Assembly: GCF_006345805.1 (NCBI RefSeq)
Contig: NC_043002.1
Coordinates: 19,034,001 to 19,098,000, forward strand
Source of the DNA: Octopus sinensis
Lineage: Eukaryota
DNA: 64,000 bases
Direction of reading: 5' to 3'
In this document: piece after piece, positions 35,716 to 50,281 of the stretch
How positions within the stretch are numbered: the first letter of the stretch is position 1
How the letters are laid out: each line of letters opens with the position of its first letter
Made by a program: the position numbers and the translations under genes
Notes under the pieces: model-generated
Seen by the model: the letters and a program-made list of their open reading frames with translations, nothing else
Databases searched by the model: none
Told to the model about the DNA's origin: nothing

Positions 35716-35760
35716 CATACGTTGACGAGAGGCAAAAACCTTGAAACTATAGTCCGTATG
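35716..35760 (+). ncRNA. Minimal hammerhead, C3U variant, GUC site
   Basis: CATACG-TTGACGA-GAGG(CAAAAA)CCTT-GAAA-C(TATA)G-TC^CGTATG. Confidence 0.65.
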
Positions 35761-36872
35761 TATCACTTAGGTTTTCGAGGGAGGATGACCTCCCTTTGCA
35801 AATAACACAAGGGCACTGAAATTGTGTCTAAGGCCAGCTGGAGACGTCGATCTCCTGGGGCTAAAAGCGTCAGTAACACCCCACCCCCAGTGGCTAGCCA
35901 CATTCAGATGGCTAGTACACTTTACGTTATTGATCCACCGTTTCTGCTAATCAATATTGTCACAATATTATTTAGAATAAAACTAGTCAAATACGACCAT
36001 ACATGTTCAGTAGATCGCTAACACACTACTATAGCTATTTAAAACTATTGAGAGTAATGAGAAAAAAGTTAAAGAGCTTTAAAAAATCGTAAAGAATTAT
36101 AAAGGCCATACATGCTAATTAATGGTAAATTAATTTGTAGGACTAAAGCAAATTATAAAGAATTTTAAAGGGAGATAATGCAAATATTATTCATATATCG
36201 TCTAAGGCTAGAAGTAAATAGAAAAAGTTAAATAAATTACATTAAATATCGATCAAGTTGATACAGTTTTGATATTAGAACTAAGAGAAGACAAAAATAG
36301 CTTAAATATGATCAGTTACAAGCATAATAGCATAGAAGATGCTATCTAAAATTATTCATGAATCTTATTATTAGTGATAAGGTCTATATTACAGGGATAT
36401 ATATATATATATATATATCTATATATATATATATACGCATCTGATACTCAGGAGAGACTTTATAGAGTCGATTTAAAGCATTAGAAAGTACTTTGGATAG
36501 AATGCAAGCATTTCATTTTTAATTCATCTGACCTATTAATAACACCACCCGTGCATTTTAAGAGTTTCGCTTCGTCTCTTCTTTTAAATGTATGGCGATG
36601 ATTACGTTATCTTTATTTAGAAATAGAAGTGGAACCCTCGTAAGTGAAAGTACATTGATTAATTTTAACATTACATTTATATATTGCATTTTAATCCTAG
36701 CGGACATTCAGATTTCTTCCTCCAGTTACATAATATAGTTACTGTTGAAGTGCAAATATTATGGGTTACATAATCTGCACCAATATACGGTACCCAGTCA
36801 TAATCAGTAGTATTGTTATGTGTGGTAACAACTCTATCGACAATATATTACCAAAATGTATATGTATATGTG

Positions 36873-36923
<51 letters not shown>

Positions 36924-37662
36924 TGTCAATGATATGAATTCGAGCAACAATGACGTAGAAAAGTATATTACATGACATACAAGATAAACTCTTTATCTAT
37001 TGTAAATTACCTTCCCTTCTAGGGAAAGTAAACAAGCACCTAGTTTCAGTGGTAACTGACTGTGAATGAAAAGAGTAGATTTTCCCAAGCAATAACAAAT
37101 CTCCAGAAATTAATGCGCCATTAAAGATGTTGCAACAAGTGCGAAATTCATACCTATCGCAGTTGCTGTCGCTTCTGAAGCTATTTCGTTTCACCTAGCT
37201 CTGAAGTATATTGTGTTTTCTAACACAATACGTGTTTAAGAATATTTTTTTTCCCGGACACAAACTGCCGCTTTTGCTGTTTCAACTATACACATATATA
37301 TTTTTTATGTATAGAATTGCTTCTATTATAATAATTTGAATTTATTCTGCTTATGTTTGTGTATAGTTTATACACAAGTTGTATATACTTGCTGTTTCGA
37401 AGGTGAGACGAGTGCATGAAATGATAAACGACAATAGCAGCGAAATACGTGACTGTCGACCTCACGGTCACATCTGGGACGGTTTCGTTTCCCCTAGCAG
37501 TGAAATATGTTATGCTTTTTTCACACAATACGTCTGTAAACAGATTTTACGCACACGAAAACCGCAGGCTCTGGCGTTTCACTCACACACATACATAAAT
37601 TAAGTTTGTTGTATAGATATAACACACACTCTTTCTCTTTCACACACACACACACACACACA

Positions 37663-37705
<43 letters not shown>

Positions 37706-37941
37706 ACGCACGCACGTACGCACACACATACATACATGCACGCAGGTACGCACGCACACACTTATGTATATAGTGAACGAATGAGATCCAGAGAATCTCA
37801 GTATAGAAAACACTTTGTAGCGCTCGAATGGTTTGAACTTAACGAGGGGCCATTTCCGCGGGAGTGAAGAGTGGCCATAAGAAGAAGGAAATGGAGCAGA
37901 TATGGTGGCTATTATACAGTAAAGAAATTAAATATAACAGC

Positions 37942-37984
<43 letters not shown>

Positions 37985-39435
37985 TATTTATGTATACATG
38001 CAAACAGAAAGAAACCAAAGACTGAAGATTTTCAGACGATGAATGTTTAAGCATAAATATATAGATATCTATGTATTAATAGATCAAACTTACACAAAGT
38101 ACAAACGGCAGAGAATATTAAAGCGGAGAAATTAAGGTGTTATAAGTCCACCAGCTGAGGGCTTGGAGATCCATCTTAATGTTGGCAGATGTAGTTCACC
38201 AAAATATGCAGTCAGTAATGGGAACAAATAGGCATTGGATGAATCGAGCCACCATTATCAGAGTAGAAAAAAAACATTATATTTCAGATCATGATGTTGA
38301 AAAGTTTAAAGGTGGGATCACCTTTAAACTAGAATGTACAATATTTTCCCCGCTTATATACATGCCATCACCCCACTTCCTACAAAACCATATTTTCGAT
38401 CGAGTATGCATAACTAAAATTTTTCATAATAGTAAATTCAACCAGTTCTGCATATTCATCAATTTATAAGTACCAGGAATAATTATAAAATTATAATTTC
38501 AATAATTCAAGTCGCATATAATACAAGAAGAAATTTAGAAAGTCGTAAATAACTATTCAAGAAATTATAAAACCGAAACCAGTAGCAAACTATTTGGAAT
38601 ATAATTATGTTAAGGAACATTTTAACTTTTACTTACGCGTTTCCAAAATCGATATTTTGTTATTAACGCATGCTAATTTCTTACATTCATACAATGTTCT
38701 AAATATGCCAAACATATCATTACAAATGCACATTCCGTATAAGTAACATCCATTACATACTGTAAAAGAAATAAAAGGCAAACATTATTTCTATGCTTGG
38801 AAAGGGAATAGGCATCTATGATTAGCTTCAGGTTTTGTATACGTGAAATGTTGGTGAATTGAACTCACTCAAATATGAACTGGATGTCAGTAATGTTAAA
38901 AGGAAATGTAGAGAAAGTTCGAGAGGGATAAAATGTGCGATAGATATGAGAGAAAAGTAATGTATAAGGTATTAGGAATTTAAAACGCGAATAAAGGGAC
39001 AGAAGAAAAGGGGCAGTAAATTTAGAAAGACATAGATTCAGGAATATTTTTTTACATTAATATATTATTAGAAGACTTTGCTTTGTAGTGAGTGGGCCAA
39101 CAGGCTAACAAAAAAATTTAGTATGGGCATGTGTAACGGCTTTAGAAGGGTTACAAAAGGACAAAAGGAAAGGTGATCCAGTGTCTTTTCTTGCATTGGC
39201 GATGTCTGTCGCTTTAAACTAATATCCTTCTCAACGCAGCCAAGTTTGTTAAGATACCATTATACAGTTGGTATTAAAAAAATTATATTTTCGAGTACAA
39301 TTACGTCTTGCAGGCTTAGAACTCCAATGATTTGTTATTGAGTCATAGTTCAAGCTTATTTCCATTTCCTTTAAAGCCAGTACAATATCTGGAGATTTTA
39401 ATATATTGGAGTGGACGGATAAACGGATAAAGGAG

Positions 39436-39473
39436 AGATAGATAGATAGATAGATAGATAGATCGATAAATAA

Positions 39474-39538
<65 letters not shown>

Positions 39539-39540
39539 GA
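39436..39540. repeat. (TAGA)n microsatellite
   Basis: Direct reading. Confidence 0.95.
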
Positions 39541-39905
39541 GGTGGGCGGAAGAGAGATTATGGTTTTTATGTTAGTATCGTAATATAAAGTCTGCAAGTT
39601 CAGTGGTATAGATATTATCATTGGAGTTTAAGAACATTGAAACATACCCGGAGGTTGAAATGAAGTCACAACATCAGTGGGAAGGACTAGGAGTGAAAGC
39701 AACACTTTTGAAAATGTATTATACATCTGTAAGTAAAATAGAATAAACACACATAAAATAAATATACGCTTTTTTCATTTAATAAGGATTATGCATTGAT
39801 TTATTCTTTTATTCTTTAACCGAGTACTCTTACAGGACTGCGGTTATGCCGGGGTACCACTCTAAAATGATATAGCCGATCGTATCGCCCCCTATATTTT
39901 ATTCT

Positions 39906-40315
39906 CATTTCTTTATTGCCCACAAGGGACTAAACATAGAGGGGACAAACAAGGACAGACAAATGGATTAAGTCGATTATATCGACACCAGTGCGTAAGT
40001 GGTACTTATTTAATCGACCCCCGAAAGGATAAAAGCGAAGTCGACCTCGGTGGAATTTGAACTAAGAACCTAACGGCAGACGAAATACCTATTTCTTTAC
40101 TACCCACAAGGGGCCAAACACAGAGAGGACAAACAAGGACAGACAAACGGATTAAGTCGATTATATCGACCCCAGTGCGTAACTGGTACTTAATTTATCG
40201 ACCCCGAAAGGATGTAAGGCAAAGTCGACTTCGGCGGAATTTGAACACAGAACGCAGCGACGGGCGAAATACCGCTAAGCATTTCGCCTGGCGTGCTAAC
40301 GTTTCTGCCAGCTCG
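39906..40315 (-). mobile_element. SINE family A, dimeric copy
   Basis: Same monomer junction (GCAGACGAAATACCTATTTCTTT) as 21885-22228. Confidence 0.85.
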
Positions 40316-40356
40316 GTGCCTTTACTTTATTCTTCAGTATTTTATTCTTCATATTA

Positions 40357-40535
40357 CGAAGGGGTGATGAAAATGTCCTGGCTTCCCAATTCTTTTTACA
40401 AGGCTTAGAAAAGCTGAAGGACCACTGCAATAAGTGTGTGAATCTGAGAAGGGAATATGATGAATAAAATCATAATTACCTGATCCTCTCGTATTTTCTT
40501 TTACCCCAAACCAGGAACTTTTCAGCACACCCTCG
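40357..40535. mobile_element. Mariner-type MITE (179 bp), TA TSD
   Basis: TA|CGAAGGGGTGATGAAAATGTCCTGG and CCAGGAACTTTTCAGCACACCCTCG|TA. Confidence 0.8.
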
Positions 40536-40858
40536 TATAAATTGCGGAACATGGATGTAAATACATACACAGCACACTCAGATGTACGCGTATATATGTA
40601 TGTGTGTATACATACATACATGCATACATAATACATACATACATACATACATGCAAGCATGCATACATACATACATACATACATATATACATACATACAT
40701 ATACACACACACACATAGATATATACGTGTTGCTTATGTGCGTGTGTGTGTGTGTGTGCTCGCGCGCGGTTAGGTGTGTATGTATTTAACCCTCTCGAGC
40801 TGTTTGAAGCAGTGAAACTGGCAACAATCAAAAGGAAAGGATCCTTCTATTACGTTCA

Positions 40859-40938
<80 letters not shown>

Positions 40939-40952
40939 ATACACACACACAC

Positions 40953-40983
<31 letters not shown>

Positions 40984-40992
40984 GTATGTATG

Positions 40993-41025
<33 letters not shown>

Positions 41026-41029
41026 TATA

Positions 41030-41230
41030 GTTAATCCAAACAAGAAAACACAAAAAAATACAACAACGCGAGGACGTGGAACAAATATAGTATTATTGGA
41101 CGCTCAGGAAGGAAGGAAAGAAGGAGGGTTTAACGTTTCGAGCGGAGCTCTTCGTCGGAAACATGGGAGAAGGAAAGATCCAGAGTAGGGAAGACAGAGG
41201 AAAAAAATCGCCAACGGTACACACGAGGTC
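41030..41230 (-). mobile_element. Family F module with hammerhead-like motif at 41128-41162
   Basis: Near-identical to 27420-27630. Confidence 0.8.
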
Positions 41231-41249
41231 ACACACACACACACATACA

Positions 41250-41283
<34 letters not shown>

Positions 41284-41399
41284 GTTTGGTCTCGCCCCCC
41301 ACCATGGTCGCCCACTTTCCAGGCTCCACTTGGAGCAACGCTACATCTTCACCCTACAAACTACCACCCCACACGGACTTAACACAGCCCCCTCCTCTT

Positions 41400-44160
41400 G
41401 AGATCCGTTTTTTTTTTTTTTTTTTTTTGTGGACACACACCACACACACCCACCCACCTACCTCCCACAACGCACACACCCACCACCTACCTCCCACACC
41501 CACCCACCCACCTACCTCCCACACGCCTGTCACACACACACATACCAGACCCATCTACGTACATACATTCACACATTAATCACACACACTTACAGACATA
41601 CTAGCACACACTAACATACAAACCAACATGCACATACACACACACATACATACATACGCACACACATACATACTTACACACACACACACACACACACAGA
41701 CATACATACAACACATACACACACACATACATACGCACATACATACACACACACTCACACACACACACCGCACGTACATACTTCACACAACACACACATG
41801 CAACATACATGTAGCACACACATACATACAACCCACACATGCACACCCTTACACTGAATGACACACACATACACTTTTTGCATCCAGGCAGCCCCCCTTT
41901 TTCTGCTTTCCGGTTTTGGCTGAGGATCCTCGGTTCCCGCGTAGCGGGGCGTTCGAGGGCCTTTGCGCTCGCGCGCCTTGGCGCGCGCTGGGGGCTTGGG
42001 CTTGCGTTGTACTGCTTGTGCGTTGTGTGCGTGAGCGCGCTTCGTGTGTGTGGGCTTGCTTCGGATGTGCGCGTGCGTATGTATGCATACATACCCACAC
42101 ACTCGCATGCATCCCTACCCACATACATACACGCACACCTACTCACACACACACATACACACACATACCTGCACACACACACACATACATAATACACATA
42201 CATACCTACTTCAGACATACACACACACAGACATACACCCATACACTCACACTCACACGCATACACACACACACATACACACGCACACGTACACATACAC
42301 ACACACACACACCTACACACATACATTACACTTGTATACACACACACTTACATTCATACACACACACACCTACACAGCCATACCCTCACTCAGACACACA
42401 CATCTACCTACACACACACACAAACACACACGGACACACACCCATACATACATACATCTACACACACACGCCTACACACATACATACACACATACATAAA
42501 CACACACACATACACATATACACACATACGCACACACACATATACTTATACACATGCACACACGCACACACATACATACATACATACACCCATATACATA
42601 CACACACACATACCCACATACTCCTATACGCACATACATACACACAGACATACACACATACACACTCACACAAACATACACACACACATACTTACACACA
42701 CACTCACCTGCACGCGCACACACATGCATGACAAACACCCATACACTCACACTCACATACGCACACACCAACATAAACACGCACACGCACACACACACCT
42801 ACACTCCCACACACATACACACGCACCTACATACACACACGCACGCATACACACGCATACACACATACATTACACACGTACACACACACCTACATACACA
42901 TGCATACACACACACACACAAAACATGCACGGACACACCCAGACATACACACATACACCTATATACACACGCCCACACACCTACATACACACACATATAC
43001 ACACGCCCACACACCTACATACACACACATACATACACACACATACACGGACACACCCATACATACTTACATACATACACTATACACACACGCCTACACA
43101 CCTACATACACACACTGCATACACACACACACACATGTACGCACATACACACACATATACGCACATACATATATACCCACACACATGCACACACACACAC
43201 ACATACGCACATGCATGCATGCATGCACACGCGCACACCTACACGCATACACACACACACACGCACGTACACATACATACATACACACACGCATACATAC
43301 ACCCATACACATACATGCATCCTCACACACACATACATACACACTCACACATACATACACACACAACACACTCACTCACACACTGTATGTACGCGCACAC
43401 ACATGCACATACACACACTCCCCACACCCACACGTACATACATACACACTCACACACATACACACACACACACACACACGGACATACATCTATGCACACA
43501 CATACATACACACATACTCACATACATTCATCGGACACACTGCCACCCAGACATACACACAGACACACTCACACATCCAAACACATACATACTTACGCGC
43601 ATACTCGCAGGCGCGCGCACACACGCGCTTGCGCCGGTTCGCGCACGCATACGCGCCGCATGCACCTCGCTCTTGGGACCGACGAGACCTCCCGCCCGTT
43701 CCTGGGACCGTCGCGTGTCGTTGGGTTTTCCCACGCCCGTCTCCGCGGGACCACTCTTCCATCTTCCCCTCAGCTGGAGTCCTTTTTCCTTAACCCCCCC
43801 CTTTTTCGTTACACCACGCGCACACATATACAACATTGCTTAAATATATACATTACTCTTACACACATTCAATCTACTCGCCATTAATACCACCACGACA
43901 CTGGACACACACACACACTACTACTCAACACACGCTGGCACGCTACATACGCCCCCACCCCCTCCCCTCCCTCCCTTCCTCCTTCCTTCTTTTTCTTACT
44001 ACTGACCTTGTCTGCTAAGCTGACCACTAGTCTCGCCCTACCTCACACGCCTACACACAGACGCACACACTAACACACACATATATTTTTTTGTTTTTTC
44101 ATCTCGCCTCACACACACACATACACACACGCACACGCACACACTCACACATACACACAC
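41400..44160. repeat. Long degenerate (CA)n/(CATA)n low-complexity tract
   Basis: Direct reading; irregular periodicity suggests low consensus quality. Confidence 0.85.
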
Positions 44161-44259
44161 ATCTGTTGCGTTACCAACCTTGTCTCCACTCTTTTGCCTT
44201 TAAAAACCCACTTTGCTCTTGTTATCGTAAACATCCGCCTTTCACCATGTGCAACTCGT

Positions 44260-44460
44260 AAACACCAGTCGTCTTTTTTCTCTTTCCCTGTTGCCCGCTC
44301 TGGGATTTCTTTCCTCTCTCTTCCTTCTTTATGTTTCCGACGAAGAGCTCCGCTCGAAACGTCATACCTCCCTGCTTCCATTTCCTGAGCGCCTATTAAT
44401 AATAATACTGTAATTGTTCCATTGTTGTTGTTTTTTGTTTCCCGTTTGGATTAAAATTAT
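44260..44460 (+). mobile_element. Family F module (diverged) with hammerhead-like motif at 44333-44367
   Basis: GTTT-CCGACGA-A-GAGC(TCC)GCTC-GAAA-CGTC^ATAC. Confidence 0.7.
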
Positions 44461-44499
<39 letters not shown>

Positions 44500-44644
44500 C
44501 TATATATATATCGTTGTCAATATGTTTGTATGCATTATGCGCGGTGTCTGCAACATCAGAGCATTTTAGCTCTTATTTCTAGCATTGTTGGTGTTCTAAC
44601 ACCATATGCCATATTTAATAACAATTATAGTTTCCTATATATGG

Positions 44645-44682
<38 letters not shown>

Positions 44683-44706
44683 GTGTGTGTGTGGTGTGTA
44701 TGTGCG

Positions 44707-44741
<35 letters not shown>

Positions 44742-44754
44742 TAGAGAGAGAGAG

Positions 44755-44796
<42 letters not shown>

Positions 44797-44879
44797 AACT
44801 CACTTTGAAAAGGAAGCGTGGCGTTCGATCATATAATAATAATAATAATAATATATATATATATATATTATATATATAT

Positions 44880-45006
<127 letters not shown>

Positions 45007-46099
45007 TTAATAATAGTAGGAAATACAAAATTCCAAACTTAATTATTTGTGAATTATTATATGTTATAATGTATTTGTCTTACAGCTGTTTCCAGTAGTC
45101 ATCATGGTTTACTGTTTACTGTTAGGTTTACTCAAATGGTCTATTGATCAATTCAGAAAAATTGAACGACCTAAGAAAATTGATGCTACTTTTATCAGAG
45201 CCATTTCTGGTCATAACAAGCAGAGCATTGAAGGAAAGGCTAGTGAATGAGGGAGGGAGGAGAAGAAGATGGAAAGATGCAAGTAGAATAGAGAACAGAG
45301 GAAGACAGGTTACAAAGAGTAAGGATATGGCTTATGAATCACTTAATAGAAGCAAAGGCTCTGTATTGGCGAAATTTGGAAGAGGGACAGTCATAAAACA
45401 TTAACGTTTGTAGTCAGCTCAACACACATTACCATATTAGTATTGTAGATAGATTAGGTGTTTTCCAACCGTTGTGTTGAAATTTGACATGGGCTTTTTA
45501 TACACATGGTCAAGCTAAGACTGTAATATTTGGTGATTGTTGCTATCAAGCATAGTAGGGAAATTATATTAGATAAAGGAATATTAGTAGTAATCATATT
45601 GTAGTGTATAGGTCAAGAGTGATCTTCTCAGCGAGGATATAAATATTGATAGATTGAGAGCAATAGCAATAATATTGATAAAACAACAATAAAATAATAA
45701 ACAATTGCAGCGTGGAAGGTGTTTGTAAGCCATTTAAGAAATACACAAAAGCCGTTCGATTCACTTCATATTGTTACAAAATAATTTTAAAAATAATAAT
45801 ACTAGCATAACAATAGAACAACAAGAGGGTACGAACTACAATGATAATGAAATGAAAATAAAAAATTAAAATTTAAAAATTAGAGGATAAAAAAAATAAA
45901 AATCTAAATAAAAATTTAAAAATTGAATGAACTTATCAATAATGTACCCATAATGATTACTGGAAACAGCTATAAGCCAAATATTGCTTCAATAAAGGAA
46001 AAATATGTAAGGACAATTATTTAAAACTTTTTTATATATCACTTTGTGTAAAATTCAGTTTATCTGAGCCCATCCACGGATTTATAATACAGAATTGTG

Positions 46100-47330
46100 A
46101 CGAACCATAACCTTGGACATTTCCAGGTATTCTTATGGCATAGAATCTACAGGAAATCATTGGATACAGGTTTTATATCTGAATATTTTTTGTCTCAGTT
46201 TGCTATCTCAGTTGTTAAAAGTCATTCGCAGTGAATTACTTTTCATATCATTAAAGTATTTGAGAGAGTAGTGTTATAAAAAATGACTGCCTTTCAGGGA
46301 GAAATCTTCTAGATTCCAACTAGTTGGTTTACGTGGTGGCATAAACTGTCTAACACAGTTTTTTCATAACTTCAACAACATTCTAAATACTCTGGAAAAG
46401 GGCTCAATACAGATGTCATATATTCCAACTTCAGTAAAAGTTTCGACAGAATCGGCCACAGCGTTCTGCTGAGACAAACAGGACCATGCATATTTTCGTC
46501 GAAGGAATTTATTCAAAACCAGTAAAAGTTCTTTATGATGTTCTTCAGGGTACTCCATTGGGCCAACTTCAGTTTATTAGTTCCATAATAATCACACGAG
46601 GCTGTAAAATATCACCAAACAGTAAAATAAAAAGAATTACAGATGACTCTAAGCTCCAGAAAATCATCAAAAGATTATGTGAAGGAACTGAGCCACAATC
46701 TGATGCTATACGAGGGAAAATTTGAGCGCATTCAGTTTTGAAAAGAGAATATACTTAGCTTTGTTCTCTTCCCTCGGGTGACCTCTTCATAGCCTCAAAT
46801 AGCATCAGAGACTTAGGTGTAACTGTGGAAACAATCTAAGATAGGGTTACCAAATCAATTATAAAGTCGATATAGCTCACAGAATGGATCCTAAGAACTT
46901 TTCTGTCAAGGGATCCCGATACCATTACTCCTCCCTTCTCCACGTTTGCCAAGTCTCACCTTAAACATTGCTATCCACCATAGTCTCCGTACACAAAATA
47001 AAACGTTGAGAATCGAAGTACTCCAGAGATCAATGCTGATAAATAAATAAATAAATAGCATGATAGGTTCTCGTTATTGGAATCACATGAGAAAGCTCTA
47101 TTTTTTCCAACTCCAACGTGAAAGCCACACGAATGTGGAAAATATTTCATTAACGCTGTCCAAACGATGCTGGTATGTAGCTCAGAAGTCATCCAAAGCT
47201 ACGCTCCCGTGCCATATGCCCTACAAAAATCGAGATCACATCACTTAACAACATTCCAACAGCTTTTTTTAAAATCTCAACTGGTTCCGCAACACATCCA
47301 GTTGCATTTTGAGTAGGCTATGGCGTCCCA
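46100..47330 (+). pseudogene. CR1-like LINE RT remnant
   Basis: Degenerate NCLTQ, TDVIY.NFSK.FDR, IRDLGV, WILRTFLSRDP, YWNHMRKL motifs; boundaries approximate. Confidence 0.7.
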
Positions 47331-48339
47331 AAACATGACATAAAAGATTCCTTCAGATGGCACTGTTAGACACGGCCTGGGCCAATCAATTGTCATAATC
47401 ACCAATATAGCTGAAAATCTAGAATGTTCAAGTACCTAATTAAGAAGTTAAAAAAAGAAAAAAAGCTTACAAGATCGCGATGCAATGAAAGTGATTCAGT
47501 TATGTTATTCCAGATATGTTTAACAACTATTAATAAAAAAGTGAGATAATACCTTTGGTAATTCTCTTACACATCTATAGTTTTATATCTATATGCGATA
47601 TATATCTATTGCATGTGACATGCATGGATTATTTTCTAAAATTCCAGCCTTGAGAAGAGAAAGGAAGAGAGAAAGAGAGGGAAAGAGGGAAAGAGAGAAA
47701 CGAAAAATTATCATATCACAAGAAAAGATGTCAAAATGAAACAGTTATCTATTTAGTATTGTAATTCTCTTAAGTTATTAGATACCTAAGTGAACTTAAA
47801 TTTTACAATATATTTTAAACAAATTTTACAAAAATATTCCAGTTTCTTACCTTATAATCTTGAAGATGATATCTACGTTTAGAAATACAGAATGATATAA
47901 GTAATTTTCAAATATCCTTGCAATGGTGGTGTTGAAGACACCAGCTGTTATCATACAGATTTTATTGAAAGTCATTGTTGTAACATAACGTGTGGTGCTG
48001 ATTTATCATGTGAACCATGACATGTTATTGGGAAATATTACAAAATGTTTGGAAATGCGTTTCTTTTCTCATTTTCTTTATTGATTTGGTCTAGAATAAG
48101 GAGGGCTTTCATAGGTCACTCGAAACCGATGAAATCGAGGTTATTAATATTCTTCTTAATGGCAACAGAAAATATATAGGCAAGGAGAAGATACCAGACG
48201 GCCTTATTTTCTGAGGAGGAAGAACAATGCTTTAGCGGTTAGTGAGTAGTCTTTGAAAATAAATATGGTCGACAAAAGGAAGAGAGATGAGAGAGTGAGT
48301 TTGGAGTGGCAGAGTGGAGGTGGCACGAGGCAATTCCTA

Positions 48340-48740
48340 CAAGGAACAAGGACCCTAGAGTTAGCCTTTTCCTCACTAGACTCCTCAATCTCTCTCTGTT
48401 TCTACTACTCTCTACAGGAATATAGTTTGATCTTTGGAAACAGTGTATCCCATTCCCCAAAAAGCAGTCACTTTATCGCTATCAATCTTCCTCCTATTAC
48501 ACTCATTTATTATACCCATTTCGAATATCTATTAGGTAATGGAGCCATTAACAACAACGTCTTCAACGTCTTGCTTTCTCCCCTCACTTACTCCTTAACG
48601 ATCATCATGGTTTTTATAAAGCCAGATTCACAAGTGATCTATTCTTCTGTGTCAAACTCCTGTGGGTTCTTACATTGAAGCAATATTGCTGCCCTTGACA
48701 CCAACAAAGTTTTCAATGCATCTAGCACGCGACCCTCCTA
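48340..48740 (+). pseudogene. CR1/L2/Jockey-group RT remnant
   Basis: Degenerate LTRLLNLSL, PIPK, HGF.KARFTSDL, ALDTNKVF motifs. Confidence 0.55.
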
Positions 48741-49177
48741 CCACAACTGTACATATATGGGCTCCATCCGGCTCTTATGCTTTGAATTGTCATCAAATCA
48801 CGTTATTACAGATCGGGTTGACAGAGTTCTTTTATCTCTCAGTCTATCAGCTTTAGAGTGCTCCAGTGTCTGGCTTTGTCCTCTACTCTCTTCCTTCTAT
48901 ACATCAATAATTTTCTTACCAACTCATCCAACAACCGTTACGATTTCGTCCTTTATCGATTATTAGTAGCCAGCCCGGTTAGCCCAGTTAATAGAAGTTG
49001 GTGGAAATACGAAAGGATTTAGTCCAATTGCTTGTTAGCATAATAAGTAGATTGGTAGACTAGAAGAAGAATTATCATAGAAATAAAATCCACTCCATTA
49101 TAGGGGAAAGACCCAAAGAATTTATGGTAATTATCGAACCTTAGTATGACAGAATGCCAAAGTCCATTTTGAAGTGA

Positions 49178-49640
49178 ATTTTCAAAAAGTTGAAATAGAA
49201 AGAGACGTGGCTTATGTCGCAGCTGTCTTGCTTCTGACTAATGTTTGAAGCTTGCAAAATATACTGTCACGTGACACTAATGCACAGACGTTGCGGGAAA
49301 TGTACCAAAGGTTCTAAACTTAATCATGTGTTTATTCTCTATAAATACTTGACAGAAAACATTCAGAACGTTGAATATTGGGATATGTTCAGTCAACCGT
49401 GTCAGCCTTAACTTACGATGCCAAACATTGTCGCTTGATACTAACACACGGACGTAGCGAGGGACCTTCAAAAATTTCTAAAACCAGTCATGTGACTATT
49501 CTCTACCTATCAAATCCTATTCAAAACATACTAATTTGAGCCATGAGCTCCTTATAAAAATAGGGCAAGCTTCAAACACTGGTCAGAAGTAATACAACTG
49601 CAACATAAGCCACGTCTCTCTATTTCAATCTTTTGAAAAT
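49178..49640. mobile_element. MITE with ~77-bp TIRs
   Basis: Arms 49178-49255 and 49565-49640 (GAGACGTGGCTTATGT...GTTTGAAGCTTGC inverted). Confidence 0.75.
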
Positions 49641-49838
49641 GAGTGTGAACTGTGAAACCGGTTAAATCTTTAAATATAATAGTAATAAATATTTTAACTA
49701 ACTATTCTCAGTAGCATTTTCAATTTCTATTTTTCCTATATTTCTACTCGTGTGGAATAAAATAACTTTGGTAATTCTCTTACACATCTATAGTTTTATA
49801 TCTATATGCGATATATATCTAGTGCACACACACACACA

Positions 49839-49869
<31 letters not shown>

Positions 49870-49930
49870 ACACACACACACACATACATACACACACGCA
49901 CGCACACACACACACAAACACACACATATA

Positions 49931-49994
<64 letters not shown>

Positions 49995-49995
<1 letters not shown>

Positions 49996-50185
49996 CGGGA
50001 AGCTTTATGAAAATAGACAAAAGACGAAGGCAGGTGGGAACAAACAAACAATTGTATTAGTATGGCGCTCAGGAAATATAAATAAAACAAGTCTTTAACG
50101 TTTCGAGCCTACACTCTTCAACAGAAAGATACACAGAGAGAAAAAAAAACACAGAAAGAAGGAGAGAAAAAAAAGGAGACAAAAT

Positions 50186-50281
<96 letters not shown>

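Noticed and set aside
41300-44160. GC-rich islands (41880-42070, 43600-43810) inside the CA tract, and the inverted family F pair around it
   Set aside because: The sequence looks garbled like unpolished long-read consensus, possibly a fold-back read; not interpretable without raw reads
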